From Antedon mediterranea (Eukaryota > Animalia > Echinodermata): DNA of 64,000 nucleotides. A program made the position numbers and the translations under genes. The DNA lies in NCBI RefSeq assembly GCF_964355755.1, contig NC_092673.1, positions 4,030,001-4,094,000 of the forward strand. The letters are read 5' to 3'. Shown piece by piece: positions 35,401 to 49,800 of this stretch; position 1 is the first letter of the stretch, and each line of letters starts with the position of its first letter. A model generated the notes under the pieces. That model saw nothing but the letters and a program-made list of their open reading frames with translations. It had not been told where the DNA came from and ran no database searches.

Positions 35401-35730
35401 GTCACATGATGATAAAGTATCTTATTGTGATTTTGAATTCTAAAATTATTGTGAAACAATAATTAAATCTATATATTATTACTTCACGGGTAATAGCACT
35501 TAATTATCCTTGTTCATTGCGCATAACATGTGTCACTTGCCTGAGCACGGTAGGTTCTCCAGCTCCTCTAAAAGTCGGAATGCCACTCTCTGCACTATCA
35601 CCCTGCTCCTGTCATTACAACAATGTGTTTTGCTTTCTGGAAATATTCACGAAAAGTAGCATAGTCTGAACTTGGACGAGGAGATACCATTTTTACTTGT
35701 ATCGCTGTTCTGAGGATATATCTCGAATGG
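32488..35730 (-). pseudogene. SIRT5: SIRT5 pseudogene, unit B
   Basis: Exons 3-8 match the intact copy; exon 2 has a 12-bp insertion ([11 protein letters not shown]); exon 1 has the same frameshift-stop and 10-bp deletion as copy A and lacks the native start region. Confidence 0.88.
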
Positions 35731-35974
35731 CCGAGAATGTTAAAGAGTCGCTATCCAATCGAGTTTGAACAATACCATGAAAGCCCCCAGTGGTCTGATT
35801 GTTAGGACATCTGCATATCAAGCAGGCGGTCCGAGTTCGACTTTTACTCATTCTCACAGATTTCCTCATCTTTATCGTTTAAAATGAATTAATTAAATTT
35901 CAGTATATCACCGGGCGGTTTAGAATTACTGTTCTTTGCCTGATTTGTTTATATATATATATATATATATATAT

Positions 35975-37523
35975 AAATCCAACTGAAAAAATGACAATGC
36001 TGTGGGTATCAGTGACTGGATCTCAATAGAGATACAAAAAAAAAGCGAAAAGCTAAATCAAAATGATAAAGTAAAATAGCCAGAAAAGTTAGCAGAGCTT
36101 TCTGGCAACACTAGCCCTTCATCAGTGCAAGTGCAGGAATTTGGATAACGTCATAGTATAAGAGCTGGCAAGTGCTGCCTGGGTGGACAGAGAATAAAAG
36201 AAAAACAACAAAAGGAGACAGGGTGGAGTCTGAATAAGAGTAGAAGACAAAGAAGTTAGCTTGGTAGAGATATAAACAATTTTGGAACGAAATTAAAAAT
36301 TAAAATAGTGGCTAATATTGAAACTTAAATTTTGGTAGTCAATGGAATACTTTTACCGATCTGGGAGTATGTTCCTAATATGCTAAGTCCAAAAAGTTTT
36401 GTGGTTTTAAGTTGTAATTCCCAGTGGTTTTCTTTGTCTCTGCGAGTTTTGTCGCTCCATTTGACATCGTGGTCTATTTGCAATAAACTCTGAAATTTGC
36501 AATCGAGTGACCAGCTGAATTAAAATGTTCGGCTACAGGTTGATCAAGCTTTAATGTTTTGATAGCTGATCTGTATTGTGTCATTCTCATACGGAGAGTG
36601 TTTTTTGTTTTTCCGACGTACTGTTTTCCACAAATATTACAGTATATGAGATAAATGACGTCTTTGGTTAGACAATTAATTGATTGTCTTATCCGAAAAA
36701 TGCGGCCAGTTTGGTTACTCTTAAATTTTTCAGTAGAATCAACCAATGAACAAGTTTTGCAAGATTTGCCACAAAGGTGACTGTCCAAATTTTGGCTGTC
36801 ATGAGAGTTAATTACACTCTTAAATTTGGATCTGACTAAAATATCACGAAGGTCGGGAGGTCTACGAAATGCAATATAATGGGTGGTTCCGGAAAAATAG
36901 TCCTGAGACGTTCTGTGGACTGTAATGGGCATATGTTTCTCAATAACAGCCCGTAATGGGTGATAGGTTGTGACGAATGGATCTGGTCAAATATTTTGGC
37001 TGACGTGGTTTTTGTACGTCAGTGTTTGACATCGAGCAATATCTTTTGCTTTCTTTATAGCAGTTTCAATGTATTCCTTCTTGTAATTTCTATTTCGGAG
37101 ATGTCCGGTTAGTTCTTCGGTACGATTCTGAAAATCTAAATCTGAAGAACAGATACGTCTGATATGTAATGCTTGACTGTACGGTGTTTTTAGTACAGTG
37201 TTGGGGATGACAACTGCTAGGGAGCAGGTACATATTTTTATCCGTGGTTTACAGAATAGGTCAGTTTTGAGTCGATTTTCTATGGTCACTATAGTGTCCG
37301 TCCAAAAAATCAACGCTACTAGTGGATTTGGTAGCTGTAAATTTTATTGTTGGGTACGTGGGCTGAATTAATATTGAGAAGAAAAGATTCCAAATTATCT
37401 TCACCATGGGTCCAGATCATGAAGATTTCGTCAATGTATAACCAAACAAGTGGTTTTTTAGGTTGGAAGGACAGAAAATTGGAGCAACGGCAGCTTAATT
37501 TAGTATACACTGTTGATAACTCT
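35975..37523 (-). mobile_element. Decayed Penelope-like element, unit C (hammerhead motif at 36089-36131)
   Basis: Same ORF translations as unit B (36474-36932, 36987-37313, 37319-37528). Confidence 0.9.
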
Positions 37524-37896
37524 TCCAATAGTTAGTAAGTTAAAACTGCTTGGTGTAATAATCCAAAATGACCTCAAATGGGGTTCAAATGTTCAAATGA
37601 TATAACATCAAGACCCTCACGTAGACCAGTTAACAATACTAGAAACCATAGAGATTATGTTCATTATTATCTCTATGTGAGTAAACTTACGCCCACCAGA
37701 CTATTATTTGATTATGAACTTCGAACTGTACTTAACTACATAAGAGTCTAGACTAGCATTATCTCATGCATTGTGTGTTTTGAAACAGCTCAAACAAAGT
37801 ATAAAGATTTAATATTTTATTTTAATTTTGTTTTTCGTATTGTATTTCTAAGCTTTGTATTTTACTGCATTTTACAAGGTGCATTAAAAGTGTACA

Positions 37897-40800
37897 ATGG
37901 GAGGATGCTGCCTCAAGTCTAAAGTAGGTAAGGTTTCAACGATTTAACGTGAATTACAGTAGAAAAGAGCGCTACGGTCACACATAACGCGGCCCTTAAA
38001 ACAAGTTGGGAGAAAAATGGGACTCAACAGGCTAGAAACATGCACCAGGGAGTTGGGTCTAACAACAACTCCCTGCATGCACCACCCATTTTACAGCTAC
38101 AGTGAAATATTTGAACTACTTTTTGATCTATTTTATTACTATACAGATGGTAGTATTAATATTACTGTATGTTAGCACTTTCTCATTTTCTCGATATGCC
38201 TCTTGCCAATTGTAATTGTACCAAACATAATCAATCACCCTAAATGCTTAAAATCACATGCATGCACTGGATATAGGTTTTATTATTATAATTGTGTATA
38301 AAATAGTTTATTTCAATTTTTAATTTAAATACAGTAATTTTATATTTTGTTTTCAGCAATATATAAATTAACAATGACTGACCGTGATCGACAATCTATC
38401 ACGTGCACAATCACGAGATCTTTGCTCACGTCACTATCTATTTTGTCACCATTTAAGCGCTTATCGTGGGGGTGAATCGGTTAAAAAAAGAATTGAATTA
38501 CCTAATTTGACGCACACAAGAGCGGGCCGTGGCCAAATTTATATCGCGCGCGTATAGTGTGACGCAAACTCGCGCGCGTATAGTGTGACGCAAACCTATT
38601 ATACAAATCAATAATATAGGCCCTATCCCCCAGCCCAAAATGATCAAAGGTGCTTAAATTATTGTACCCAATTCTCAACAATTAGATTTTTCAATTTTAA
38701 ATTGGTGAATGTTTGACAAAAGTTGGAGCTCCAAAAGGCATTTCATCAACAACATACCGGCTGTTAATATCACTCAGATACGAAAGCCCATTAATACGAA
38801 AGCCCATTAATGCCATTTTAAGTGTATGTTTTTCGAACGTAATCCGTTCTAACGAATTAGTAATTCGTTTGAACGGATTAATAATCTGTTCAAACGAATT
38901 AGTAATCCGTTCAAACGAATTGCAACATATACAACAAGTGCCATTTAAAGTATATGTTGTAATTCGTTTGAACGGATTACTAATCCGTTCAAACAAATTA
39001 CTAATTTGTTTAAACGGATTACTAATTTGTTCAAACGGATTACTAATCCGTTCAAACGAATTACTAATTTGTTTAAACGGATTACTAATTCGTTCAAACG
39101 AATTACTAATTTGTTTAAACGGATTAGTAATCCGTTCAAACGAATTACTAATTCGTTCAAACGAATTAGTAATCCGTTTAAACGAATTAGTAATTTGTTT
39201 AAACAAATTAATAATTTGTTTAAACGGATTATTAATCTGTTTGAACAAATTAGTAATTCGTTTGAACGAATTAGTAATCCGTTTAAACAAATTATTAATT
39301 TGTTTAAACAAATTAATAATTTGTTCAAACGGATTACTAATTCGTTAGAACGAATTAGTAATTCGTTTGAACAAATTAGTAATCCGTTTAAACAAATTAC
39401 TAATCCGTTTGAACGGATTCCTAATTCGTTTTAACAGATTAGTAATCTGTTTAAACAAATTAGTAATTCGTTTGAACAGATTAGTAATCCGTTCAAACGA
39501 ATTACAACATATTCTTTAAATGGCACTTGTTGTATATGTTGCAATTGGTTTGAACGGATTACTAATTCGTTTGAACAGATTACTAAATCCGTTCAAACGA
39601 ATTACTAATTTGTTTAAACAGATTAATAATCTGTTCAAACGAATTAGGAATCCGTCCAAACGGATTAGTAATTTGTTTAAACGGATTACTAATCTGTTTA
39701 AACGAATTACTAATTCGTTTAAACGAATTAGTAATCCGTTTAAACAAATTATTAATTTGTTTAAACAAATTACTAATTTGTTTAAACGGATTACTAATTC
39801 GTTCAAACGAATTACTAATTCGTTCAAACAGATTAGTAATCCGTTTAAACAAATTATTAATTTGTTTAAACAAATTATTAATTTGTTTAAACAAATTATT
39901 AATTTGTTTAAACAAATTAGTAATTCGTTTAAACGGATTACTAATTCGTTTGAACGAATTAGTAATCCGTTTAAACAAATTATTAATTCGTTTGAACGAA
40001 TTAGTAATTCGTTTGAACAAATTAGTAATCCGTTTAAACAAATTAGTAATTCGTTTGAACAGATTAGTAATCCGTTTAAACGAATTACAACATATACTTT
40101 AAATGGCACTTGTTGTATATGTTGCAATTCGTTTGAACGGATTACTAATTCGTTTGAACAGATTATTAATCCGTTCAAACGAATTACTAATTCGTTAGAA
40201 CGGATTACGTTCGAAAAACATATACTTAAAATGGCATTAATGGGCTTTCCATATACCGAAGACCAAGACAAAACTATTTCTAGATTTCATGTACTAAAAA
40301 CACCTCATTTTTTGGCCTATAGATCAACTTTTTTGTATTTCTACTAAAAACGGTATGTATGCTTATCCTTGTGGTTTACAAAAGAGAAATTTATGTTATA
40401 ATGTAGTTAAATATCAGTGCTAAACAAATACAATGTACAAGTAAAGTATGGTCGCTTGTTTACCACGGATTTTGTGTAACGAGTGGGTTTTCTATAAAAT
40501 ATGGTAGTGGGGCAAGTTGTCACAACCTGTGACAACTTTATACTGTCATATAAATAAATAAACTGCTAGATAGGCTTATTCTTGCTTTGTAGGCCTTAAC
40601 CATTTTGTTTTCTTGTCAATTGGATATAGGGACCCCTAATAATCGAGAAAACACAATGTTTATATTATTTTTTCTATTTTATTCATATGGTACGCAATTA
40701 AAAGCGTTAAAAAAAAGTGTTAGATGAACATCAGAACCAAAAAAGAAGAAGAATAAACCTAGCTCAAAAGATAAAGTGCACAAGAAAGAAATTGGATGTG

Positions 40801-43800
40801 TTTGTACTGCAAAGAAGATTATTCCGTGTCAGTTTCAGGAGAAATCTGTATCATGTTCTCTGTCTGTGAAGAATAGGCTCATGAAGATTGTGCTGGTATC
40901 AATGAATCAGATGCAGACTTCACATGTGAATTATGTTGCTAGCTAGATTTTATTTAAAGTGACATTGTAGATAAATGTATTGCGGACTCTCTACAACAGG
41001 ACTATAAATAGACCTATATCGATTACAACATACTTTAATACTTATTATTATTGTTTTTAATACATTATTCATCATCTAAACTCACTAACTTATGTATAAA
41101 CACACTTTCTATAAATAAATAAGTTTTAAGCAGATCTTTCATGCATATTGTCTTATTTTTAACGATGTGACAAAGTGCCCCACTGCATGTGACAACTTGC
41201 CCCATGTACGGGGCAAGTTGTCACATCTGACCCATTGGGGAAAAAGTGCTCCCCTGGGTCACGGTCAAGAGTATTTTCACAATCAATGGTCCCCTTATAT
41301 AGACCATACCCTAGGCTATATTTGAAGGTACAAACTAAGTTAATTTAGGCTAAAACTTAATATTTATAGGAGATTAGAATGAATTTGTGACTTTTAGCCC
41401 CTATCTCCCCTAATCGTATAGTTGAAATTAATAGGTTTTGTTTTGAGGGTGCAAGAGAGTACCTTACATTTCTCAGACTTCAGCGACATTTTTCAATTGG
41501 TCATCCATTGTCCGAGTCATGCTTGGAGTGCATGTGAGTCGTCTATGGTCGAAATTATTTTATTTATTTTGAAGTCATCAGCAAACATAAGGCATCTGGA
41601 ATTTTCGAAGAGACTTTTACAAAAATGTTAAACAATAGGGGCCCTAAAATTGAACCCTGTGGCACTCCAGAGAGGAAAGGGAGGGGGTTAGATGTTTCGC
41701 CTTCAAGTGTCACTATCTGGAATCGACCACTAAGGTAGCTGTCAAACCAAGAATATAGAATTCCATTTACGCCAAATTTATTAAGTTTAAAGAGCAATAA
41801 TTTATGCGACAGTTTATCAAATGCTTTACTAAAATCTGTGTATATAATATCACATTGCTTTTTTGATTCGATGGCTTCATACACGGTAGTCATGAGAGTT
41901 TCGAGGTTTGTTTCACATGATCTACCGGGAAAGAAGCCATACTGTTGTTCAGAAATTAAGGGGAAAATATGGTTTATCAGTTGTTTACTTACAATCTTTT
42001 CAAATATTTTGGATATTGTTGGGAGTAGAAATATGGGTCTATAATTTTGAACGTTAGTCTTAGAACCACTACTACTATGGGGTAGTATGGGATTACTGAT
42101 ACTCTGCTTGGTTCAATCAAGTAATTATAATATACCGGTATGCAACAGAAACATGAATAAGTTTTTATACTGGCATTATTAAACTTTAGACTTTCATACC
42201 AGATCCACCTTATTTTTCATTTACTCTAATGTGAAAGATAATCATAATCATGATCTTTACTCCATTGAATGAATTTCCAACATTCCGTATTTACTGTATG
42301 CTCGCAGTTGATGCCCCGTTGGAAATTTATGTGATGTGTCATTTTTGTATTTTTTCTATTATATTGTTTGTGGATGCCGTATGTTCCTATTATTATTGTT
42401 ATATAGCCTAATTCATAGGCCAGAAACCATAAATATTCATTATCTCTAAGCCCACCAGACTATTATTTGATTATATGAACCTCGAACTGTCCTTACATAA
42501 GAGTCTAGACTAGCATTACTGTATCTCATGCATTGTGTGTTTTGAAACAGCTCAAACAAAGTATAAAGATTTAATATTTTATATTAATTTTGTTTTTCGT
42601 ATTGTATTTCTAAGTTTGTATTTTACTGCATTTTACAGGTCCAGTATGCACGCCTAAAGGTAAGGCTTCAACGATTTAACATAAATTACAGTAGAAAAGA
42701 GCGCTGCGGTCAATAAACGCCCTTAAACAAGTAGAGGGAAGATTCAGGGGACAGGGTAGAAACATGCACCACCCATGAACTACTTTTTGATCTATTTTTT
42801 TACTATACACTCGGTAGTATTAATTAATATTACTGTATGTTAGCACTTTCTCATTTTCTCGATATGCCTCTTGCCAATTGTAATTGTACCAAATATAATC
42901 AATCACCCTAAATGCTTAAAATCACATGCATGCACTGGATATAGGTTTTATTATTATAATTGTGTATAAAAGAGTTTATTTCAATTTTTAATTTACATAC
43001 AGTAATTTTATATTTTGTTTTTCAGTAACTGTGTTTGAATCCAGCCGCAAGAAAAAAAAAACAAAATATCGGTAATTTTAAAGATTTAATTGGATTTATT
43101 AGAGATCATGTCTAAATTATTCTACTGCAGTATGCAGTAATTATAGCATATTTTGGATAATCATACACATTGTTTTTTCAGTGACTAACTTTGAAACAAA
43201 GTGAATTGCAGTAAAAATGTAGATACTGCAGTAAAAATGTAGACACACTATAATGCTTGGTCTCAAATTGTTTGTGGTCTAAAGGTTTAAAACTTTATTT
43301 ATTTACAATTTTGTTAATTTCTTGTTGATTTCTCCAAATCTGGTGTTTCAGGAATACAATAATGCTTGGTCTCAAATTGTTTGTGACAAAACTTTCAAAC
43401 TTTATTTACAATTTTGTTGATTTTTCCCAATTAGCATTCCAGCTTTGGTGTTCCAGCATAACCATTTCTTGGCGTTTTCTGAAAAGCGACTAACTGGAAA
43501 GCAAGACTATGGACCAATGGAAATTGTAGTTAAAAGAAGGCCCTTAGAAGGTGGCAACTGGAGTGATGAGACATGCATATATCCTGTAACAGAAACTGGA
43601 AAAAGGTTTGGGATTTTTATTTTACTCTTTTTACTATTTTTAAGTCATTTTATACATTTTGGAAACACGCCGAACATTTCTTAAGTAGTTTATATCAGCT
43701 GCTGCTTTTACAGATTTTACAGAGCTTTCCCAACTTTCGTAAGTCCTTGATTGACACCGAAGTGTTAATATACAGTCTACATTTGTTTAACATTTGTGTT

Positions 43801-46800
43801 TACTCCACCCTTAGCTTAGGGTGGAGTAAACACAAATGTTAAATTAAAATAATGGAGATGAAAATTCACAATACAAAGATATTAGACGTCCATGTCAACA
43901 ACAACGATAAATATACATTTTTTCTACAGAAAACAAAAGAATTATAAAAGTTTTCATACGAGAATTATAGAATCTTTGATGAAAATAATCATTTTAGATA
44001 ATCATTGTAGGGGGTATTATTACCTCAGTGAACTGGGTCACAAAATAGCCCCAGTGTTCTGGGGATAAGAAAGGACAGTGATTAATTAATTTGCTGTTGG
44101 TCATCCTTGGCCACATGTGCCTAAATACATAAAATTAAAATAAAATTGTAGTATTAGTAGTTAATTATTCAGCTTAATGACTGGCATCGACTTTTCTCTT
44201 TTCTGACACATTTAACATTTCTCAACTCTACATTTGAATTGTACATTCCTATTTAGAATTGTTATCCTCTTTCAAATGGAAGCATGCTCTGAAATGTGGT
44301 CCCTGTATCTCTCTTTTCTTTTTTTTTAAAGGCCAATGAATCCCGTTCCTATTGTTATCGATGAAACTCACATCATCTTACTGTTTAACACTTTCCCGGA
44401 GAAAAAGCCGGAAAACGATATAGTAGAAAGTGACAGACGCTTATGGAATTTATTGATCACACACAGTTATGATGGTGGAAAAACGTGGGGACCTTCCGTT
44501 GAACTACCAGTTGACGAGATCTTTTCTAATTTCGAAAATGGGATACCATCTTGTTGCGCTATTGGTATGTTTATTTCTTTTCCAATCCAATCAAAGAATT
44601 GTCAATCATGGCTATCTGTTAGAATGTAAATAAAGTTGTGTTTTGTCAAGATAAAAACGAGCAGTTGAGTTGATAATATAGTATCCTATAAATAATCGCA
44701 GAATTTGGCCTGATACTTCGACTACGCCCCTTTTGGTTAACTAAAGCTGAAAATATCCACAATGCACATCAGCATATTTGGAAAGTGCCTGGCTTTAACT
44801 ATGTTTACAGTACGATACTTTAGATGCTGATGCCCAGTATTGTTTAAATTGGAAGTGATTTTTAAAATGCCCTCTATGTTTTTTTGCAAAGTTACAGTCA
44901 TAAAAATGTGTTTTAAATTTTTCTTAAAAATATTAAAAATACCATATTAGCCACAGTCACTTGGGGTAGAAACCTCCTGTTTCAAAACATAAATGTACAG
45001 TACCAGCTAATTTTTTTAAACTACGTACACAATGATATTGTATTATACAGGACCTGGTCATGCTATCAAGCTGGATTCAGGAAAGTTAATTGTGTCTGGA
45101 AATGTTAGATGGCCAAAATCAAAATCGAAACTTACACGTAAGTGGTGTGCTAAAAATAGAATGTCAAAATCCCCATACAGTTGACCCCAAAATTGACCTC
45201 TTTCTGTGTGTACTGTATTTCCAAATGGCATATATATTACAATATACCTTCATTGTAATTTACAGTACATTGTACAGTATGCAACAAAGCCGTAGCGAGA
45301 GGTTAAAACCAGCAAGGCACAGATGGTTCAACAGTTACGGGGAAATGGCAAAATTAGCACTGTGTGGTCATGTTACAAGAGTTGTCAAAACAATATAGAT
45401 TATCTGATAAAAAGCCTTTTGCCATTTTCCCCTGACTGTTAAATATAATTATTAATATACAATATGACGATCTCTGATGGGGAATTGTGGTGGGTAGTGA
45501 AAATTGAAAATTTAGGACGAGGAGAGCGCTCATCTGCCTCATGCTGGCCACAGCCCTGGTATTCATAAGCCCTTGATACTCAATCCCCAATTTTAACAAG
45601 GCCGTAGCGAGGGGTGTCTAGAAAACTCAGATCTCAGATATATCTGACTTTTCTAGATCTAGAAAACTCAGATATCTGACTTTTCTAGATCTAGAAAACT
45701 CAGATATCAATATCTGACGTTTCTAGTTCCAGAATGAAACTAGAAAACTCAGATCATCAAATGATTGGTTGGTAGGTCATTTGGATCATTCCATTATTAA
45801 TCAGAAGGTAGGTCATTTGAAATACTAGAGTATTATTAAAACTGATTACTGTGTAGGCCTACTAATATTGTAACATGTAAAAGCGTCCTACGACTTAAAT
45901 CATAAAGAAAATACAGTGCATGTTACAGTTAAAATGTAGGCTTAAAAATTAGGTATGTACGAGTTGGTGTGGGTACGAGCTGGTTGAGGTACGAGTTAGC
46001 CAAGATAGGAATAGGTACGAGTTATTTTAGGTACGAGTTGACCACTTCTAGCCTTGTAGGGCCAGGCCTACTCTTCGCGATAGGGTGTCTCGAAAACAGA
46101 GACCTCGAAAACAGAGACCAGCTGAGACCCGAGACCCAGGGTCTCTGTTTTCGAGGAAATCTCGAAAACAGAGACCCCACTAAAACGTCTCAATATTACG
46201 TATTATAGGGGTCTCTGTTTCGAGTTCTCGAAAACAGAGACCCCCACTAAAACGTCTAAATAATACGTTATTATGGGGTCTCTGTTTTCGAGATTTTATC
46301 GAAAACAGAGACCCCCACTAAAGCGTCTCAATATTACATTATATAGGGGGTCTCTGTTTTCGAGAAAAACTCGAAAACAGAGACCCCCCACTAAAACGTC
46401 TCAATATTAAGTCATTAAATTACCTTATATAGGGGGTCTCTGTTTTCGAGAAAAACTCGAAAACAGAGACCCCCACTAAAACGTCTCAATATTAAGTCAA
46501 TATTACGTTATATAGGGGGTCTCTGTTTTCGAGAAAAACTCGAAAACAGATACCCCCATTAAAACTTCTTAATATTAAGTCAATGTTACGTTATATATGG
46601 GGTCTCTGTTTTCGAGTTTTTCTAGAAAACAGAGACCCCCACTAAAACGTCTCAATATTACGTCAATATTATGTTATATAGCGGTCCCCACTAAAACGTC
46701 TCAAAATCACAGAATGACGTATCAGTAATAAACGGTAACTGATATGCCGATCAAAGAACATGCCGCAACGATAAGAAGAGATTGATGAATTCTTGAACGC

Positions 46801-49800
46801 GTGTGAAAAGACTGTCATTTTGTAATACAAGGTCGACGTCCTAGGAGTAAGATGTATAAATGCATGCTGTGCCTTTTAGAAGCTAAAAAGCTGGAGATTA
46901 TTTCAAAAGCTGACACTAGTTTCTCGGGTCTCTGGTCTCTGTTTTCGAGACACCCCTTCGCGATACATCGCGAGATAGCGCCCACACGTTGAGCCTTGAA
47001 TTGCTTAGCTTGGCTAGTAGAATGAATGAGGTAGAAGCCAGCCGGAGAGGTAGAAATTCTCATATGACTTTTCTAGACCAGTTTTTTCTGGGGAATCCAA
47101 ATATATTGGGTAAACAGGCTGTAACCTGAGAACTTTCGCGTGAGGGCGCTTTTTTCAAAATGGCTGCCAGTTACAATAGACTATGATATCTTGGCAACCA
47201 CTGGTGATACAGAGTTGATTTTGGTGTCAAATTGGTCGGAATGTACATGTTCCTATTTGATGTAATAGAACATTTTGTCCGAAAATGGCCGGAAATACCT
47301 CTATTGACCTTTGACCCAATATCTAACAGATACCATATCTCCGTAACTACTTGACACAGAAAGTTGTAATTGGTGTCAAACTATCCAGAATATAGATGTT
47401 TATATTCAAACTAATAGAACATTATCTGTAAAAATGACCGGAAATAACTTTAGTGACCTTTGACCCAAAATGCAAGACATTTCTCCTATCTGATCACGTT
47501 TAGTAGTATCTTGTCAATTAATTCATTTTGTGCCGATTGGAGGTTGACATTCTCATATTATTTTCTGGACCAGTTTTTCATGTGTAATCCTAATATATGA
47601 GATGAATAAGCCATAACAAGGCCAAGAATTTAATTCTTTTACTACATACATACATGCTTCCCTTTAGTGTTTAAGTCTGTATGTCGTGTATTAATCTTCA
47701 AGATCGCTCACATCACTGCCATCTGAAAAGTCTTCATATTCATAACTGGAAGCTTCTGGAATCAAAAGCAAAATTTGTTGACACATTCTGCAACCTTGGA
47801 GTGTCAGCTGTTCCATCAAAAGAGTTGTATGAGGAACTTGAAGAGTATGTTTCACTATTGTATGGAGTGAAGGGGAAAAGTGTAAATCAAGCAAGATATG
47901 ATATCTTCATCAGAAAGTTTTCCAGACACAAGATTACTGATATATCATTACTGCCACCATGTCAGCAGACCCCTTGAGTTTCATATACTTAGAGCAAACT
48001 TCATTGCAAAAGAATGGCAATCAGCAGACGTCAATGATTTTGTCAACAACAGTACACACAATGGATGGAATGAACAAATGGAGCCTAAATGGATTGAGAC
48101 AGTGATGCCCACTGATGTCCAGGAACTGTTTACACATAATGAATATGAAGACTTTTCAGATTGCAGTGATGTGAGTGATCTTGAAGATTAATACACGACA
48201 TACAGACTGAAACACTAAAGGGAAGCATGTATGTATGTAGTAAAAGAATTAAATTCTTGGCCTTGTTATGGCTTATTAATCTCATATATTCGGATTGCAC
48301 ATGACAAACTGGTTCAGAAAATAATATGAGAATGTCAACCTCCAATTGGCACAAAATAAATTAATTGACAAGATATTACTAAATGTGATCAGATAGGAGA
48401 AATGTCTTGCATTTTGGGTCAAAGGTCAGTAACGTTATTTCCGGTCATTTTTACAGATAATGTTCTATTAGTTTGAATATAAACATCTTTATTCTGGACA
48501 GTTTGACACCAATTACAACTTTCTGTGTCGAGTAGTTACGGAGATATGATATCTGTTGGATATTGGGTCAAAGGTCAATAGAGGTATTTCCGGCCATTTT
48601 CGGACAAAATGTGCTATTACATCAAATAGGAACATGTACATTCCAAACATTTTGACACCAAAATCAACTCTCTATGACCAGTGGTTGCCAAGATATCATA
48701 GTCTACTGTAACTGGTGGCCATTTTGAAAAAAGCGCCCTCACGCGAAAGTTCTCAGGTTACAGCCCGTTTACCCAATATATTTGGATTCCCCAGAAAAAA
48801 CTGGTCTAGAAAAGTCATATGAGAATTTCTACCTCTCCGGCTGACACCTACCTCATTCATAGCCTAGTCTATAGGCCTAAATGCTAAGCCTACATTTTAT
48901 AAACAAAAGGTGTATACTGTATTTCTTTTTTAAGTCGTAGGCTGCTACTACAAGTAGTCTGGGTTCCAGACGGAGTTTTGTCTTAATATTAGTTAAAAGA
49001 TAAATATTTTGGCACATATGGCGTTTCATACGTATACTACTTGATTTTGAAATCGCGGTTGAAATAAAAACAAATAAATAAAAAAAAAAGATAATACAGA
49101 CTTGGGGCAAGTCTACTACTACAAGTTACAATAATAATTATTAATTATTAGTAAGAAAACGTATAATACTGTAGTCTTTCAAACAAGCTACTCTCTACTA
49201 ATAATGGAACGATCCATTTGATGATCTGGGTTTTCTAGTTCCATTTTGGAACTAAAAAACTCAGATCTTGATATCTGAGTTTTCTAGATCTAGAAAAGTC
49301 AGATATAGATCTAGATATATCCCAATTTTTTCTTTTTACTTATATTAACTTTCTTTTTGTTCTTTCTCTTTGTTGTATGTTCCTTGTTTTCATCGTTTAT
49401 CAAATTTGTTTTGATGTATTAAAGAATTTGAATTTATATTTGTAAATCCAATATGGAACAATATATTAAAAAGTGTAGTTCTCATTTTCACTGGGTCTCT
49501 TAATTCACAGGTCAATTTGCTATCATAAGTGACATTAACAATAATGACAATAATGGAGCAACCTGGCATATGGGAGGTTTAATTTCGTTGCCTGAATCTA
49601 AAAATTGTAAAAAAATAAAGAAAATCTCAGGAGGTGAATGTCAGGTAGGCCCACCAAAGATAATTAATATTCAATGATTATTGTAGAAAGTTATGTCATT
49701 TATTGTTTACGAGAAAGTCCGACATATTTGAAATACTTATTTCTTTTTTTCAATTAAAATTTAAATTACTTATCACTTATGTCTACAGAAAAACGAGTTA

